Below are positions 20,758-31,924 of a DNA stretch of 64,000 nt, piece after piece (within the stretch, counting starts at the first letter, position 1; every line of letters begins with the position of its first letter). The DNA comes from Neisseriaceae bacterium (GTDB lineage Bacteria > Pseudomonadota > Gammaproteobacteria > Burkholderiales > Chromobacteriaceae): positions 714 to 64,713 of the forward strand of contig JAIXTB010000133.1 of the NCBI GenBank assembly GCA_027484385.1, in the 5' to 3' direction. Made by a program: the position numbers and the translations under genes. The notes below the pieces were generated by a model. That model saw only the letters and a list, made by a program, of their open reading frames with translations. It searched no databases and had not been told where the DNA came from.

Positions 20758-21678
20758 ATGCCCAACCCGCTTTATCGCAAGCACATTATCTCCATCCCGG
20801 ACTTCAGCCGGGCTGAAATGGAGCTGGTGGTAGAAACCGCCGCGCGCCTGAAAGCCAACCCGCGCGCCGACCTGCTGCAGGGCCGTCTGATCGCCACCTG
20901 CTTTTTCGAGCCGTCTACCCGCACCCGCCTGTCGTTCGAAACCGCCGTGCAGCGCCTGGGCGGCACCGTGATCGGCTTCTCCGACGCCGCCAGCACTTCC
21001 ACCAAAAAAGGTGAAACCCTGGCCGACACCGTGCGCATCATCAGCAGCTACACCGATGCCATCGTGATGCGCCACCCGAAAGAGGGCGCTGCCCGCGTGG
21101 CCAGCGAATTCTCCGCCGTGCCCATCATCAACGGCGGCGACGGCGCCAACCAGCACCCGTCGCAAACCCTGCTGGACCTGTTCACCCTGCGCGAAACCCA
21201 GGGCCGGCTGGATAACCTGACCGTGGCCTTTGTCGGCGACCTGAAATACGGCCGCACCGTGCACTCGCTGGCGCAGGCGCTGTCGCTGTTCGGCGCCAAG
21301 TTCTACTTTGTCGGCCCCGAGGCGCTGGCCATGCCGGACTACCTGTGCGAAGAGCTGGACGAGCGCGGCATCAGCTACACCATTGCCAGCACCATCGAAG
21401 AAGTGATCCCGCACATCGATATCCTGTACATGACCCGTGTACAGCGCGAGCGCTTTGACGAGGCGGAATACCAGAAGATACAGGGCCAGTTCGTGCTGCG
21501 CGCCGACATGCTGCGCAACGCGCGCCCCAATATGAAGATCCTGCACCCGCTGCCGCGCGTGGATGAAATCGCCACCGATGTGGACGCCACCCCGCACGCC
21601 TACTATTTCGAGCAGGCGAAAAACGGCGTATACGCCCGACAGGCGCTGCTGTCGCTGGTACTGAACGAAACGGTGTGA
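20758..21678 (+). CDS. pyrB: Aspartate carbamoyltransferase catalytic subunit
   Basis: [37 protein letters not shown]. Confidence 0.97.
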   Translation: MPNPLYRKHIISIPDFSRAEMELVVETAARLKANPRADLLQGRLIATCFFEPSTRTRLSFETAVQRLGGTVIGFSDAASTSTKKGETLADTVRIISSYTDAIVMRHPKEGAARVASEFSAVPIINGGDGANQHPSQTLLDLFTLRETQGRLDNLTVAFVGDLKYGRTVHSLAQALSLFGAKFYFVGPEALAMPDYLCEELDERGISYTIASTIEEVIPHIDILYMTRVQRERFDEAEYQKIQGQFVLRADMLRNARPNMKILHPLPRVDEIATDVDATPHAYYFEQAKNGVYARQALLSLVLNETV

Positions 21679-21689
21679 AAGGAAAAACC

Positions 21690-22157
21690 ATGAGCGAAAA
21701 AGTCTACGCCCGTAATGTCGAGGCGCTGAAAAACGGCACCGTGATCGACCATATCCCTGCCGGCCTGGGCCTGCGCATTCTGGACCTGTTCGAGCTGACC
21801 AGCTACGGCGAGCGCGTGACCGTGGGCCTGAACCTGTCCAGCGGCCACATGGGCAACAAGGACCTGATCAAGGTGGAAAACCTGGTGCTCACCGAAGGCC
21901 AGGCCAACGAGCTGGCGCTGCTGGCGCCCAAGTGCACCGTCAGCGTGATCGAAAACTTCGAGGTAGTGCGCAAGCAGAAGCTGGCGATACCGGCCGAAGT
22001 GACCGACCTGTTTGCCTGCCCCAACTCCAACTGCGTGTCGCACGTGGAGCCGGTACAGAGCCATTTCAGCGTGCGCGTCACCGAACACGACACCAAAATG
22101 AAGTGCAAGTATTGCGAAAAGGTGTTCAGCAAGGATATTGTTGTTGCCGTGCGCTAA
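21690..22157 (+). CDS. pyrI: Aspartate carbamoyltransferase regulatory subunit
   Basis: NGTVIDHIPAG, KDLIKVE, CPNSNC...CKYCEK zinc site. Confidence 0.96.
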   Translation: MSEKVYARNVEALKNGTVIDHIPAGLGLRILDLFELTSYGERVTVGLNLSSGHMGNKDLIKVENLVLTEGQANELALLAPKCTVSVIENFEVVRKQKLAIPAEVTDLFACPNSNCVSHVEPVQSHFSVRVTEHDTKMKCKYCEKVFSKDIVVAVR

Positions 22158-22220
22158 GTCGTACAGAGGGAAATAGATAGCCAGCTACCGCCACGATGCG
22201 ATAGCGGTGACAACATGACG

Positions 22221-22248
22221 AACGCCACTGCCGGCCGGCAGTGGCGTT
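22221..22248. terminator. Perfect 28-bp palindrome between convergent pyrI and GGDEF-EAL genes
   Basis: AACGCCACTGCCGG|CCGGCAGTGGCGTT followed by TTGTTTT. Confidence 0.65.
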
Positions 22249-22279
22249 TTGTTTTGCGGCCAACCCCGCCAGATAGCGG

Positions 22280-25200
22280 CTAGCCTTGCAACATGGCGTG
22301 GCATTCTGCCGATGCCGGCCAGGCCGCCACCCAGCCCGGCAGCAGCTCGGCGGGCATGGGCCGGGCGATACCATAACCCTGGCCCAGCTGGCAGCCCAGC
22401 TTGCGCAGCGCGTGCGCGTGGGCGGTGGTTTCCACCCCTTCGGCAATCACATCGCGGCCAAAGGCACGCGCCAGGCTGATCACCCCGGCCACGATGGCGC
22501 GGTCTTCGCTGTTCTCCAGCATATCGCGCACAAACGACTGGTCGATTTTCAACAGCGATGCCGGCAAGCGTTTGCAGTAGGTCAGCGAGGAATAGCCGGT
22601 ACCAAAGTCATCCAGCGCAAAACTGACGCCCAATGCCTGGCAGGCCTGCATCACGTCCGATACCTGGCCCATATCGTGCAGGGCAGCACTTTCCAGAATC
22701 TCCAGCTCCAGATACTGCGGTGACAGGGTCGGGTAGCGCGCCAGGCTCTGCGCCAGCTGGCTGACAAAGTCGGGCTGCTGCAGCTGGCGGGCTGCCACAT
22801 TCACGCTCACCGTCAGCTGCAGGCCGTCGCGCTGCCATACGGCCAGCTGGGCCAATGCGGTGTCGATCACCCATTGCCCGACCCGGCTAATGAGCGGGCT
22901 GTCTTCGATCAGGGGCAAGAACGCGCCGGGCAACAGCAGGCCCAGCTCAGGGTGCTGCCAGCGCAGCAGCGCCTCGGCCCCCTCCAGACGGCCATCCTGC
23001 ATGTTTACCTTGGGCTGGTAGTACAGGCATAGCTCGCCAGCGGCCAACGCATCGCCCACACGGGCTTGCTGCTCGCTGTGGTCGCGCTGCTGGCGTGCCT
23101 GCTGGCTGTCGAATAGCTGGTAACGCTGCCGGCCGTCTTGCTTGGCCTGGTACATGGCCTGGTCGGCGTGGCGTAGCAGGGTATCGGCGTCGCAATCGTC
23201 GTAGGGAAACAGCGTGGCGCCGATGCTGGCGGTGAGTTGCAGCTGCAGCTCGCCCAGCTGTAGCGGGCGGGCAATTTCGTGCAGCAGGCTTTGCAGTGCG
23301 TGCTCGCATTGCGCCGGGCTGGCCAGCTCGGTCAGCAGGATCACGAACTCATCACCACCCAGCCGCGCGACGGTATCACCGCCGCGCACCAGCTGGCGCA
23401 AACGGTCGGCCAGCGCCACCAGCACCTGGTCGCCCGTCTGGTGGCCGTAGCGGTCGTTGACCGGCTTGAAACCATCCAGATCCAGGTAGCACACGCCCAG
23501 CAGGCGCTGGCTGCGCCGGGTGTGCGCCAGTGCCTGCTGCATGCGGTCGGCCAGCAGTACGCGGTTGGGCAGCTCGGTGAGGGCGTCGTAGTAGGCCATT
23601 TTTTGCAGGCGGGCTTCTTGCTGTTTCAGCAAGGAAATATCGGAAAACACGCCCAGGTAATGGCTGAGTTGGCCACTGCTGTCATAGACGGTGGAAATGG
23701 TCAGCATCTCGGGGTAGCAGGTACCATCGCGGCGGCGGTTCCAGATTTCGCCTTGCCACAAGCCCTGCTGGCGCAGGGCCTGCCACATGTCCTGGTAAAA
23801 GCCGGCCTCTTGGCGGCCGGATGACAGCATGCTGGGGTTATGGCCCAGCACTTCTTCCCGCGGGTAGCCGGTAATGCGTGAAAACGCCGGGTTCACTTCC
23901 ACGATCAGCCCTTGCGGCGTGGTGAGCATGATGCCCTCGCTGGAGTGGCTGAATACGCTGGCGGCCAACTGCAGGTGTGTCACGGCTTGCTTGCGCTCGA
24001 TGGCCAGTGCCACCAGGTGCTGCACACTGTGCAACAAGTGCTCGTCGTGAGGGTCCAGCGGCTCGTCTGCCTGGCCCTCGATATACAACTCGGCCAGCAC
24101 ATGGCCATCCAGCGCGGGGACAGGCAGACATAAACAGCCTGCCGGTGGCGGGGCGGTATCGTCCGGCAGACGGAAGGTGCAACGGCGCTGCAGCAGGGTG
24201 TGCAGATAGCTGGCCACCCGCTGCAGGCCCTGCACCAGCGGCGGGTCGCTGTTCATGCATTCCAGCAAAAAGGCACGGGCATCTTCCAGCCGCCGGCTGC
24301 GCACCTGCTCCTCTTGCATGGCGATGCGGTCCAGCGCATAGCCGATATCGCTGGCCATTTCGCTGAACAGGTCTACCAGCTGCTGGTCAAACTCGAAATC
24401 GGCACCGTAGTACACCGCCAGCACCAGCTGCGCATCGCCAGCGTGGCGGATAGGAAAGGCCGCGGTAGCGCCCCAGCCAAAGCGCGCGATGCGCTGTACC
24501 CACTGTTCGGCCAGTGCCGGCTGCCCGGCCAGCACTTGGCGCGCCAGCTCGCGAAAGCTGGGAATCACCACCGGCCGCTGCTCGATCACCGCGCGCGAGG
24601 CCGCGCCGTGGCTTTCGGTTTTGTCCGGCCGCGTCCAGACGGTGATTTCTTCCAGATAGCCGGCACCACTGCCGTGTACCGCCAGCGGCTGCAGATATTG
24701 CCCGTCGGCATCGTGCCGGCCTATCCACGCCATGCGCTGGCCGCCGTGCTGCACGGCAATCTCGCAGATACGCTCGAACAAGCGCTGCGGGTCTTGCTCG
24801 CGCACGATGGTCTGGTTGGTAAACGATAGTGCCGCGTAGGCCTGATTCAAGCGGTGTATCTGCTGGGTGGCGGCTTTCTGGGCGCGGATATTCTTGAAGG
24901 TGGTCACCACACCGGTTTGCCGGCCGTCCTCGCACAGCGCCGTTACCGTGAGCCAGACCGGCAGAAAGCTGCCATCCTTGCAGATCAGGTACTCGTCGCA
25001 CGAGCGCGGCTGGCCGTCTCGCAGGGTGTGCGTCACCGGGCAGTCGGCCAGCGGATAGGGGCGGCCGTCCGGATAATGGTGGTGCACCAGCTCGTGGGCG
25101 GTACGCAGTGCCAGCTCCTGGCGGGTATAACCCAGCATGGCCAGCGCGGCATCGTTCACAAAGATGCAGCGCCCGTCCATATCCGAGCCCCATACGCCCT

Positions 25201-25435
25201 CACCCAGGCTTTGCAGCAAGGTAGCCTGCTGGTTTTGCATGCGCCGATGCTGTGCTTGCAGGGCCTGGGCATGGCGGTGGCGGCGCCATGCCAGCCACAG
25301 CAATCCCCCCGCCAATAGCGCCAGTACGGCGCTAAGCAGCCATGGGCCCTGCAACGGCGCGCCCGCCTCTGCCGCCAGGCCGGGGCGAGCCAGCAAGGGC
25401 AGGGTGGCAAGCAGGTATCGTGGGCGCAAGGGCAT
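22280..25435 (-). CDS. Membrane PAS-GAF-PAS-GGDEF-EAL protein
   Basis: N-terminal TM segment, two PAS domains, GAF, RGGD I-site plus GGDEF, EALLRW and DDFGTGYSS. Confidence 0.92.
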   Translation of the reverse strand: MPLRPRYLLATLPLLARPGLAAEAGAPLQGPWLLSAVLALLAGGLLWLAWRRHRHAQALQAQHRRMQNQQATLLQSLGEGVWGSDMDGRCIFVNDAALAMLGYTRQELALRTAHELVHHHYPDGRPYPLADCPVTHTLRDGQPRSCDEYLICKDGSFLPVWLTVTALCEDGRQTGVVTTFKNIRAQKAATQQIHRLNQAYAALSFTNQTIVREQDPQRLFERICEIAVQHGGQRMAWIGRHDADGQYLQPLAVHGSGAGYLEEITVWTRPDKTESHGAASRAVIEQRPVVIPSFRELARQVLAGQPALAEQWVQRIARFGWGATAAFPIRHAGDAQLVLAVYYGADFEFDQQLVDLFSEMASDIGYALDRIAMQEEQVRSRRLEDARAFLLECMNSDPPLVQGLQRVASYLHTLLQRRCTFRLPDDTAPPPAGCLCLPVPALDGHVLAELYIEGQADEPLDPHDEHLLHSVQHLVALAIERKQAVTHLQLAASVFSHSSEGIMLTTPQGLIVEVNPAFSRITGYPREEVLGHNPSMLSSGRQEAGFYQDMWQALRQQGLWQGEIWNRRRDGTCYPEMLTISTVYDSSGQLSHYLGVFSDISLLKQQEARLQKMAYYDALTELPNRVLLADRMQQALAHTRRSQRLLGVCYLDLDGFKPVNDRYGHQTGDQVLVALADRLRQLVRGGDTVARLGGDEFVILLTELASPAQCEHALQSLLHEIARPLQLGELQLQLTASIGATLFPYDDCDADTLLRHADQAMYQAKQDGRQRYQLFDSQQARQQRDHSEQQARVGDALAAGELCLYYQPKVNMQDGRLEGAEALLRWQHPELGLLLPGAFLPLIEDSPLISRVGQWVIDTALAQLAVWQRDGLQLTVSVNVAARQLQQPDFVSQLAQSLARYPTLSPQYLELEILESAALHDMGQVSDVMQACQALGVSFALDDFGTGYSSLTYCKRLPASLLKIDQSFVRDMLENSEDRAIVAGVISLARAFGRDVIAEGVETTAHAHALRKLGCQLGQGYGIARPMPAELLPGWVAAWPASAECHAMLQG

Positions 25436-25456
25436 GGTGTAAAGGTGTTCCGTGAG

Positions 25457-26866
25457 TCAATGCAGCCCCGAGTGTAACGCGTCGCCCGCTAGTGGCGGCG
25501 GCTGGCGTGGCAAGGTAATGACGATGCGCAAACCGCCAACGCTGCCAGACTCCAGCGTGATGCGCCCGGCATGGCCGCGCACGATCTCCCGCACGATGGC
25601 CAGGCCCAGTCCGCAGCCATCGCCACCGGCCTGCTGGCCACGGTAAAAGCGCTCGAACACCAGCGATTGTTCTTCTGGCGGGATACCCGGGCCACTGTCG
25701 CAGATCACCAGCTCGACCTCGCTACCGCGCTGCCAGGCCGATACCGTGATTTCGCCGCCAGCCGGGGTGTAGCGCACGGCGTTATCGATCAGGTTGGACA
25801 GCATTTCGCGCAGCAACAAAGGTTGGCCGCACAGCAGGGCGCTGTCGTCGCCCTCGTAACCCAGGTCCAGCGCCTTATCCAGCGCCACCATGACAAAGTC
25901 CATGGTCACTTCGCGCGCCAGCTCGGCCACATCCAGCTCGCGCGTTTCGTGCTGCGCCGGGCCGGGCTCGGCACGCGACAGCGCCAGCAGCTGGTTAGCC
26001 AGGCGAATCACCTGGTCGGTAGAGTGCACCAGCGCGGCCAGGCCGGCTTGCTGTTCGGCCGGGTCGGGCTGGCGCTGGGTGTATTCGGCCTGGGTTTTCA
26101 GCAAGGTAAGCGGCGTGCGCAACTGGTGGGCCGCATCGGCAATAAAGCGCTGGCGGATGGACAGCTGGTTTTCCAGCTCGGACAGCGCCGTGTTCAGCGC
26201 CATCACCAAGGGCTGCAGCTCTTTTTGCACGCTGCCGACATCCAGCTGTAGCGAGGGGTCGCCGGCGCGGGCTTTCAGCGTGCTGCGCAAGCGGCCCAGC
26301 GGGCGCAGGGCGCGGTTGATGCCTATGGCCACCAACAGCGCCGCCACGGCGCCGATCAGCCATTGCTGCGCCAGCGATTCGGTAAATAGCCGCCGTGCCA
26401 GCGAGGCGCGCGACAGCGTGGTTTCGCCTACCTGCACCAGCAGCAAGCGCTGGCTGCCGGCGTAGTACAGCGGTACCGCCAGCGCCACGCTGCGGATGGC
26501 TTCGTCGCGAAAGCTGGCATCGTAAAAACGCAGCTCGCCGGCGCCGGGCAGGGTGGCGGGCAGCGGCAGGTCGGCGTCGCCGGTAATGGTGGAGCCGCCA
26601 GCAAAGCCGATGCGGTAAAACACGCGGTCCTGGAAATGCGGGTCGAACATTTCCAGCGCGGCCACCGGGATATCCACCACCAGCTCGCCGTCCTGCACCA
26701 CGATGCGCTCGGCAATGCTGCGCGCCGAGGCTTGCAAGGTGCGGTCGAAGGCAGCGTTGGCCGCCTCGCGCGCGTTGTCCTGCGCCAGCCAGGCGGTGGC
26801 GGCCGCCAGCGGGATCAGCGGGATCACCACCCATTGCACCAGCTGGCGCCGCAGCGAGAGTGTCAT
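25457..26866 (-). CDS. tctE: TctE-like sensor histidine kinase
   Basis: FDRTL...A.SIAERI sensor domain, ADAAHQLRTPL H-box, G.GLGLAIV G-box; next to tctCBA. Confidence 0.8.
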   Translation of the reverse strand: MTLSLRRQLVQWVVIPLIPLAAATAWLAQDNAREAANAAFDRTLQASARSIAERIVVQDGELVVDIPVAALEMFDPHFQDRVFYRIGFAGGSTITGDADLPLPATLPGAGELRFYDASFRDEAIRSVALAVPLYYAGSQRLLLVQVGETTLSRASLARRLFTESLAQQWLIGAVAALLVAIGINRALRPLGRLRSTLKARAGDPSLQLDVGSVQKELQPLVMALNTALSELENQLSIRQRFIADAAHQLRTPLTLLKTQAEYTQRQPDPAEQQAGLAALVHSTDQVIRLANQLLALSRAEPGPAQHETRELDVAELAREVTMDFVMVALDKALDLGYEGDDSALLCGQPLLLREMLSNLIDNAVRYTPAGGEITVSAWQRGSEVELVICDSGPGIPPEEQSLVFERFYRGQQAGGDGCGLGLAIVREIVRGHAGRITLESGSVGGLRIVITLPRQPPPLAGDALHSGLH

Positions 26867-27531
26867 TTGGCCACGTCCAGCATATAACCCAGCCCGCGCA
26901 GGGTCAGGATGGCCACGCCGCTACCGGCCAGCTTCTTGCGCAGGCGGTGCACGTAGATTTCCATGGCGTCCGGGCTCAGGTCCTGGTCCAGCCGCACGAT
27001 CTGGTCGGCCAGCACCTCTTTGCTCACCGGCTTGCCCTGGCGGTATAGCAGCACCTCCAGCACGGCCATCTCGCGCGGCGTAAGGGCCAAAGCTTGGCCG
27101 CAGACGGTAAAACGCTTGTGCGCCGGCTCGAAGGCCAGCTCGCCACACTGCAGCACGCCGCCTTCGCTGCCTTGGGCGCGGCGCAGCAGGGCACGCACGC
27201 GCGCTTCCAGCTCGGCCAGCTCGAACGGCTTGCCCAGGTAGTCGTCGGCACCCAGGTCCAGGCCGTGGACGCGGGCGTCGATGCCGGACTGCGCGGTGAG
27301 CACCAGCACCGGCACGCGGTTGCCACGGCGGCGCAGGCGCTTGAGCACCTCGAAGCCGTCCATGCGCGGCAGGCCGATGTCCAGAATCACCAGCGAATAG
27401 GGCTCGTAGGCCAGCAGCTGGTCGGCCTGTACGCCATCCGGCGCAATATCCACCGCGTGGCCGGCAGCGCTCAGCGCCTTTTGCAGCCAGGTGGCAATGT
27501 CGTGGTTATCTTCTACTAGCAGCAGTCTCAT
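26863..27531 (-). CDS. tctD: TctD-like OmpR-family response regulator
   Basis: MRLLLVED, LDIGLPRMDG, GADDYLGKPF, EIYVHRLRKKL. Confidence 0.82.
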   Translation of the reverse strand: MRLLLVEDNHDIATWLQKALSAAGHAVDIAPDGVQADQLLAYEPYSLVILDIGLPRMDGFEVLKRLRRRGNRVPVLVLTAQSGIDARVHGLDLGADDYLGKPFELAELEARVRALLRRAQGSEGGVLQCGELAFEPAHKRFTVCGQALALTPREMAVLEVLLYRQGKPVSKEVLADQIVRLDQDLSPDAMEIYVHRLRKKLAGSGVAILTLRGLGYMLDVAK

Positions 27532-27699
27532 CGTGCTCTCTGTCTGTGGGCTGTGGCCCTGCCGGCGGTGCCGGGCCGGGGTTGGCCGCATGTATTGCTG
27601 TGTTGTCTTTTCATCGTATCACCCGATAGCGGCCTGCCAAGCACCTGTCAGGGGCAGATTGCGGCTTTCTTGCACCACTGCTGCCCGGCTGTCAGACAG

Positions 27700-27716
27700 T
27701 GAAAGGGAAATGAAAG
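27700..27716 (+). promoter_or_regulatory. Direct repeat TGAAAG-N5-TGAAAG, candidate TctD site
   Basis: 11-nt-period direct repeat typical of OmpR-family sites, in the tctD/SBP divergent gap. Confidence 0.4.
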
Positions 27717-27757
27717 CTAGCGCTGCCTAGACTTGGTGCAACTGTAAGGAGTTGTGA

Positions 27758-28819
27758 ATGCGCCGTTTTCTGCTCACCTGGCTTTGCCTGGCCGCCAGCC
27801 CGCTGTTGCTGGCAGGCAATGGCATGCAAAGCGGGCTCACCGAAGCGGCGCGACACGAGGGCACTTTGCTGGTGCACGCCACCATCGACCGCGAACAAGT
27901 GGCCCCGCTGTTACAAGCCTTTCAGCAGCGTTACCCGTTTATCCGCGTCCAGTACCAGGAGCTGAACAGCGCCGACATCTACCGTCGCGCACTGGGCAAT
28001 AACGCCGCCAGCGGCGACATCCTGTGGAGCTCGGCCATGGACCTGCAGATCAAGCTGGTGAACGACGGCTACGCCCTGCGTTACCGCTCGCCGCAAAAAG
28101 ACGCGCTGCCGGACTGGGCCTCGTGGCGGGATGAGGTGTACGGCACCACTTTCGAGCCGGTGGTATTTGCCTACCACAGCCAGCGGGTAGCCCAGATGCC
28201 ACACACGCATGCCGACCTGCGGCGCATGCTGCGGGCACAGCCCAGCCAGCTGCGGGTAGCCACGTACGACGTGGAAGCCTCTGGCGCGGGCTACCTGTTT
28301 TTCAGCCAGGACTCGCGGCATAACGCCGAGTTCTGGGACCTGGCCGCCGCCCTGGGCCGCAGCGTGCGCTTTCAGGAAGGCAACAGCCTGACCCTGCTGC
28401 GCCGGCTGTCGCAAGGCGAGGCGGATATTGCCTATAACGTGCTGGGGCCGTACGCGGTGAGTTTTACCCGCCACCAGCCCCGGGTGCGCTGGGTATTGCC
28501 ACAAGACTACGCGCTGGTGGTGACCCGGCTGATGCTGATACACAAGGCCGCCCGCCACACGGCAGCGGCCAAGCTATGGACGGATTTTGTGCTGTCGCGC
28601 GACGGCCAGCAGGTGCTGTCCCAAGGCAGCGGGCTACCGCCCATACGGGAAGACCTGCCACGGCAGCTGGGCCATATCGACCTGAAACGCAATGCGGCCA
28701 ACCTTCGGCCGATTCAGGTGGGTAGCGGGCTGCTGGTGTATCTGGATACGGCCAAAAAGAGCCTGTTCCTGAAACGCTGGCGCGAGCAGCTGCCGGCGGC
28801 AACGCGCCCGACACACTGA
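27758..28819 (+). CDS. Orphan ABC-type (Fe3+/thiamine-like fold) periplasmic substrate-binding protein
   Basis: Signal peptide, DILWSSAMDLQIKLVNDG, TTFEPVVFAY; no cognate permease or ATPase adjacent. Confidence 0.8.
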   Translation: MRRFLLTWLCLAASPLLLAGNGMQSGLTEAARHEGTLLVHATIDREQVAPLLQAFQQRYPFIRVQYQELNSADIYRRALGNNAASGDILWSSAMDLQIKLVNDGYALRYRSPQKDALPDWASWRDEVYGTTFEPVVFAYHSQRVAQMPHTHADLRRMLRAQPSQLRVATYDVEASGAGYLFFSQDSRHNAEFWDLAAALGRSVRFQEGNSLTLLRRLSQGEADIAYNVLGPYAVSFTRHQPRVRWVLPQDYALVVTRLMLIHKAARHTAAAKLWTDFVLSRDGQQVLSQGSGLPPIREDLPRQLGHIDLKRNAANLRPIQVGSGLLVYLDTAKKSLFLKRWREQLPAATRPTH

Positions 28820-28886
28820 ATAAGCTTTAAACATCGTCCCGCCCCGAGGACGTATTACTCGCTGTACCACAACACTGGAGAGACTC

Positions 28887-29840
28887 ATGAAATTGAAAAC
28901 CCTGCTGGTTTCCTGCCTGGTAGCCCTGGCACCGATGGCCGCACAGGCCCAAGTTGAACAATTCAAGATCATGGCCCCGGCCAACCCGGGCGGCGGCTTT
29001 GACACCATCGCCCGTACCCTGGGCGAAGCGCTGCAAGCGTCTGGCCAGGTTAAAAGCGTGGTCGTAGAAAACAAGGCCGGTGCCGGTGGTGCTATCGGCA
29101 TGGCGCAGTTCGTGAACAACGAAAAGGGCAACCCTAACGCCCTGCTGGTAGCCGGTGCCGTGACTGTGGGCGCGCTAGAAACCAACAAATCGCCGGTGAA
29201 CTTCGGCATGGTGACGCCGATTTCCCGCCTGATGGGCGAGTTCAACGTGATCGTGGTACCGACCGCCTCGCCGTACAAATCCATCAAGGACCTGATGACC
29301 GCCTACAAGGCCAACCCGGGTGCCGTGAGCATCGGTGGCGGCTCGGCCGGTGGTATTGACCACATCATGGCCAGCCTGATGTCGGAAAAAGCCGGCGTTG
29401 ACCCGGACAAGCTGAACTACATCCCGTTTGCCGGTGGTGGCGAGGGCAAGGCTGCCGTGCTGGGTAACCAGATTACCGCTTACATCAGCGGCTACGGCGA
29501 GCTGGCCGACCTGATCAAGGCAGGCAAGGTGCGTGCGCTGGGCATTTCCGCCGCCACCCGTAACCCGGACATTCCGGTGCCGACTATCCGCGAGCAGGGT
29601 ACCGACGTGGTGGTCTACAACTGGCGTGGCGTGTTTGCTGCCCCCGGCATCAATGCCGCGCAAAAAGCCCAGCTGATCAAGATGGTGGAAACCGCGGTGA
29701 AGTCGCCTACCTGGAAAGCCAAAGCCGAGAAAATGGAATGGCTGGACATGCTGCAAAGCGGCGACACCTTCCAGACCTTCCTGAACGAAGACATCAAGCG
29801 CACCGCCGTGACTGTCAAGAAACTGAAGCTGGGTAACTAA
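28887..29840 (+). CDS. tctC: Tripartite tricarboxylate transporter substrate-binding protein
   Basis: PANPGGGFDTIAR, ENKAGAGG.IG, GGSAGGIDH, YNWRGVFAAPG. Confidence 0.92.
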   Translation: MKLKTLLVSCLVALAPMAAQAQVEQFKIMAPANPGGGFDTIARTLGEALQASGQVKSVVVENKAGAGGAIGMAQFVNNEKGNPNALLVAGAVTVGALETNKSPVNFGMVTPISRLMGEFNVIVVPTASPYKSIKDLMTAYKANPGAVSIGGGSAGGIDHIMASLMSEKAGVDPDKLNYIPFAGGGEGKAAVLGNQITAYISGYGELADLIKAGKVRALGISAATRNPDIPVPTIREQGTDVVVYNWRGVFAAPGINAAQKAQLIKMVETAVKSPTWKAKAEKMEWLDMLQSGDTFQTFLNEDIKRTAVTVKKLKLGN

Positions 29841-29843
29841 GTC

Positions 29844-30359
29844 ATGATCAAGCGCGTATCCGGCGAGCAGTGGCTCGCCTTCGGGATCATCCTGCTGGGC
29901 CTGTTCATGGCCTGGCAGCTGCAGGACATCCCGAACGATGCCGGCTATGCCGGCATCGGGCCGCGCTTCTTTCCTTCGCTGGTGGTAACCGGTCTGATCG
30001 TTGCCGGTGGCGCGTTGCTGATGCAGCGTCGCCACAGTAACGGGCCGGATACCATTCTCAGCGACGGCGAGAACGACGCGGCAGAAGTAGAAGCCGAAGA
30101 CGAATTTGCCCGTGGCGACGCCGACTGGCGCATGTTCGCCATCGCCAGTGGCAGCCTCATTGCGCATATGGCACTGATTGGCCTGGTGGGTTTCACCCTG
30201 GCTGGCACCCTGCTGTGCTTCGGTATTTGTCGTGCACTGGAGACACGCCGCCCCACACTGGACCTGGTGCTGTCTTTTGTTTTGGCCCTGGGCCTGTTTC
30301 ACCTGTTCAAGACGCTGGGCCTTAACCTGCCGGCGCTGATGCCGGGGGGAGTACTGTAA
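29844..30359 (+). CDS. tctB: Tripartite tricarboxylate transporter small membrane subunit
   Basis: GPRFFP motif, four TM segments, position between tctC and tctA. Confidence 0.85.
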   Translation: MIKRVSGEQWLAFGIILLGLFMAWQLQDIPNDAGYAGIGPRFFPSLVVTGLIVAGGALLMQRRHSNGPDTILSDGENDAAEVEAEDEFARGDADWRMFAIASGSLIAHMALIGLVGFTLAGTLLCFGICRALETRRPTLDLVLSFVLALGLFHLFKTLGLNLPALMPGGVL

Positions 30360-31864
30360 TGGAATCGTTGAATGCCCTGTTCAGTCTGGGCTTTGCTACC
30401 GCACTGACCCCGGCCAACCTGCTATGGGCGCTGCTGGGCTGTACCCTGGGTACGGCAATTGGCGTGCTGCCCGGCGTAGGCCCGGCCGTGACCGTGGCCC
30501 TGCTGCTGCCGGTAACGCAAAGCGTAGACCCAACCGGCGCGCTGATCATGCTGGCCGGCGTGTACTACGGCGCCATGTTTGGCGGCTCTACCACCTCCAT
30601 CCTGCTGAATACCCCGGGCGAAGCCGGCTCCATCGTGTCGGCGCTGGAAGGCAACAAGATGGCCAAAGCCGGCCGCGCCGGCCCGGCGCTGTCTACCGCC
30701 GCCATCGGTTCGTTTGTGGCCGGCAGCATTGCCACCGTGCTGCTCACCCTGCTGGCCCCGGTGATTGCCGGCTTTGCCCTGCAACTGGGCCCGGTAGAAA
30801 CCTTTGCCCTGATGATGCTCACCTTCGCTGCCGTGTCGGCTGTGCTGGGTAACTCGCCGCTGAAAGGCTTTATCGCCTTGCTACTGGGCTTGTCCATGGG
30901 CCTGATCGGTATCGAGTCGCAGTCTGGCCAGAGCCGCTTTACCTTTGGCCTGATGCCGCTGATCGACGGTATCGACATCGTGGTGGTGGCCATGGGCCTG
31001 TTTGCCATTGGCGAAACGCTGTACACCGCCACTTACGAAAACAAGATCGCCGGCCGTATCGAGTCGCTCAAAGGCAGTTTCTGGATGAGCAAGGAAGACT
31101 GGAAACGTTCGTGGAAACCATGGCTGCGCGGTACCGCCATCGGCTTCCCGTTTGGCACCCTGCCGGCAGGCGGCACCGAAATGCCGACCTTCCTGTCGTA
31201 CTCGGCCGAGCGCAAGCTGGCGAGCCCGGAGGCACAGAAAGAGTTTGGCAAAGGCGCCATCGAAGGCGTAGCCGGCCCGGAAGCGGCCAACAATGCCGCC
31301 GTCACCGGCACCCTGGTGCCACTGCTGACACTGGGTATCCCCACCTCGGCCACCGCAGCCATCATGCTGTCTGCCTTCCAGCAGTACAACATCGTGCCCG
31401 GCCCGCTGCTGTTCGATACCAACCCCGAGCTGGTGTGGGGCCTGATCGCCTCGCTGTACATCGGCAACGTGATGCTGCTGGTGCTGAACCTGCCGCTGGT
31501 CGGCCTGTGGGTACAGTTCCTGAAAGTACCGCGCCCGCTGCTGTACGGTGGCATTGTGGTACTGGCCACCATGGGTGCCTACGCGCTGCGCCAGAGCTGG
31601 TTCGACCTGATGCTGCTGTACATCATTGGTGTACTGGGCTTCATGATGCGCCGCTTCGACTTCCCGGTGGTGCCACTGGTCGTCGGCCTGATCGTGGGGC
31701 CGATGGCAGAAAAACACTTCCGCCGCGCCATGTCCATCCACCAGGGCGACCTGACCGTATTCCTGACGCACCCGATCTCGCTGGCCATCCTGGTGGTGAC
31801 CGCCGCCATCCTGATCGTGCCGCCGCTGATGAAGCGCCGCCAGAAAATGCTGCAAGCAGCCTGA
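30359..31864 (+). CDS. tctA: Tripartite tricarboxylate transporter large membrane subunit
   Basis: [43 protein letters not shown]. Confidence 0.95.
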   Translation: MESLNALFSLGFATALTPANLLWALLGCTLGTAIGVLPGVGPAVTVALLLPVTQSVDPTGALIMLAGVYYGAMFGGSTTSILLNTPGEAGSIVSALEGNKMAKAGRAGPALSTAAIGSFVAGSIATVLLTLLAPVIAGFALQLGPVETFALMMLTFAAVSAVLGNSPLKGFIALLLGLSMGLIGIESQSGQSRFTFGLMPLIDGIDIVVVAMGLFAIGETLYTATYENKIAGRIESLKGSFWMSKEDWKRSWKPWLRGTAIGFPFGTLPAGGTEMPTFLSYSAERKLASPEAQKEFGKGAIEGVAGPEAANNAAVTGTLVPLLTLGIPTSATAAIMLSAFQQYNIVPGPLLFDTNPELVWGLIASLYIGNVMLLVLNLPLVGLWVQFLKVPRPLLYGGIVVLATMGAYALRQSWFDLMLLYIIGVLGFMMRRFDFPVVPLVVGLIVGPMAEKHFRRAMSIHQGDLTVFLTHPISLAILVVTAAILIVPPLMKRRQKMLQAA

Positions 31865-31924
31865 CCCGCCTGTTGATGGCCGCCGTCAGAAGCGGCCGCT
31901 CACCCCGTACTCCCGGTACAAGCG

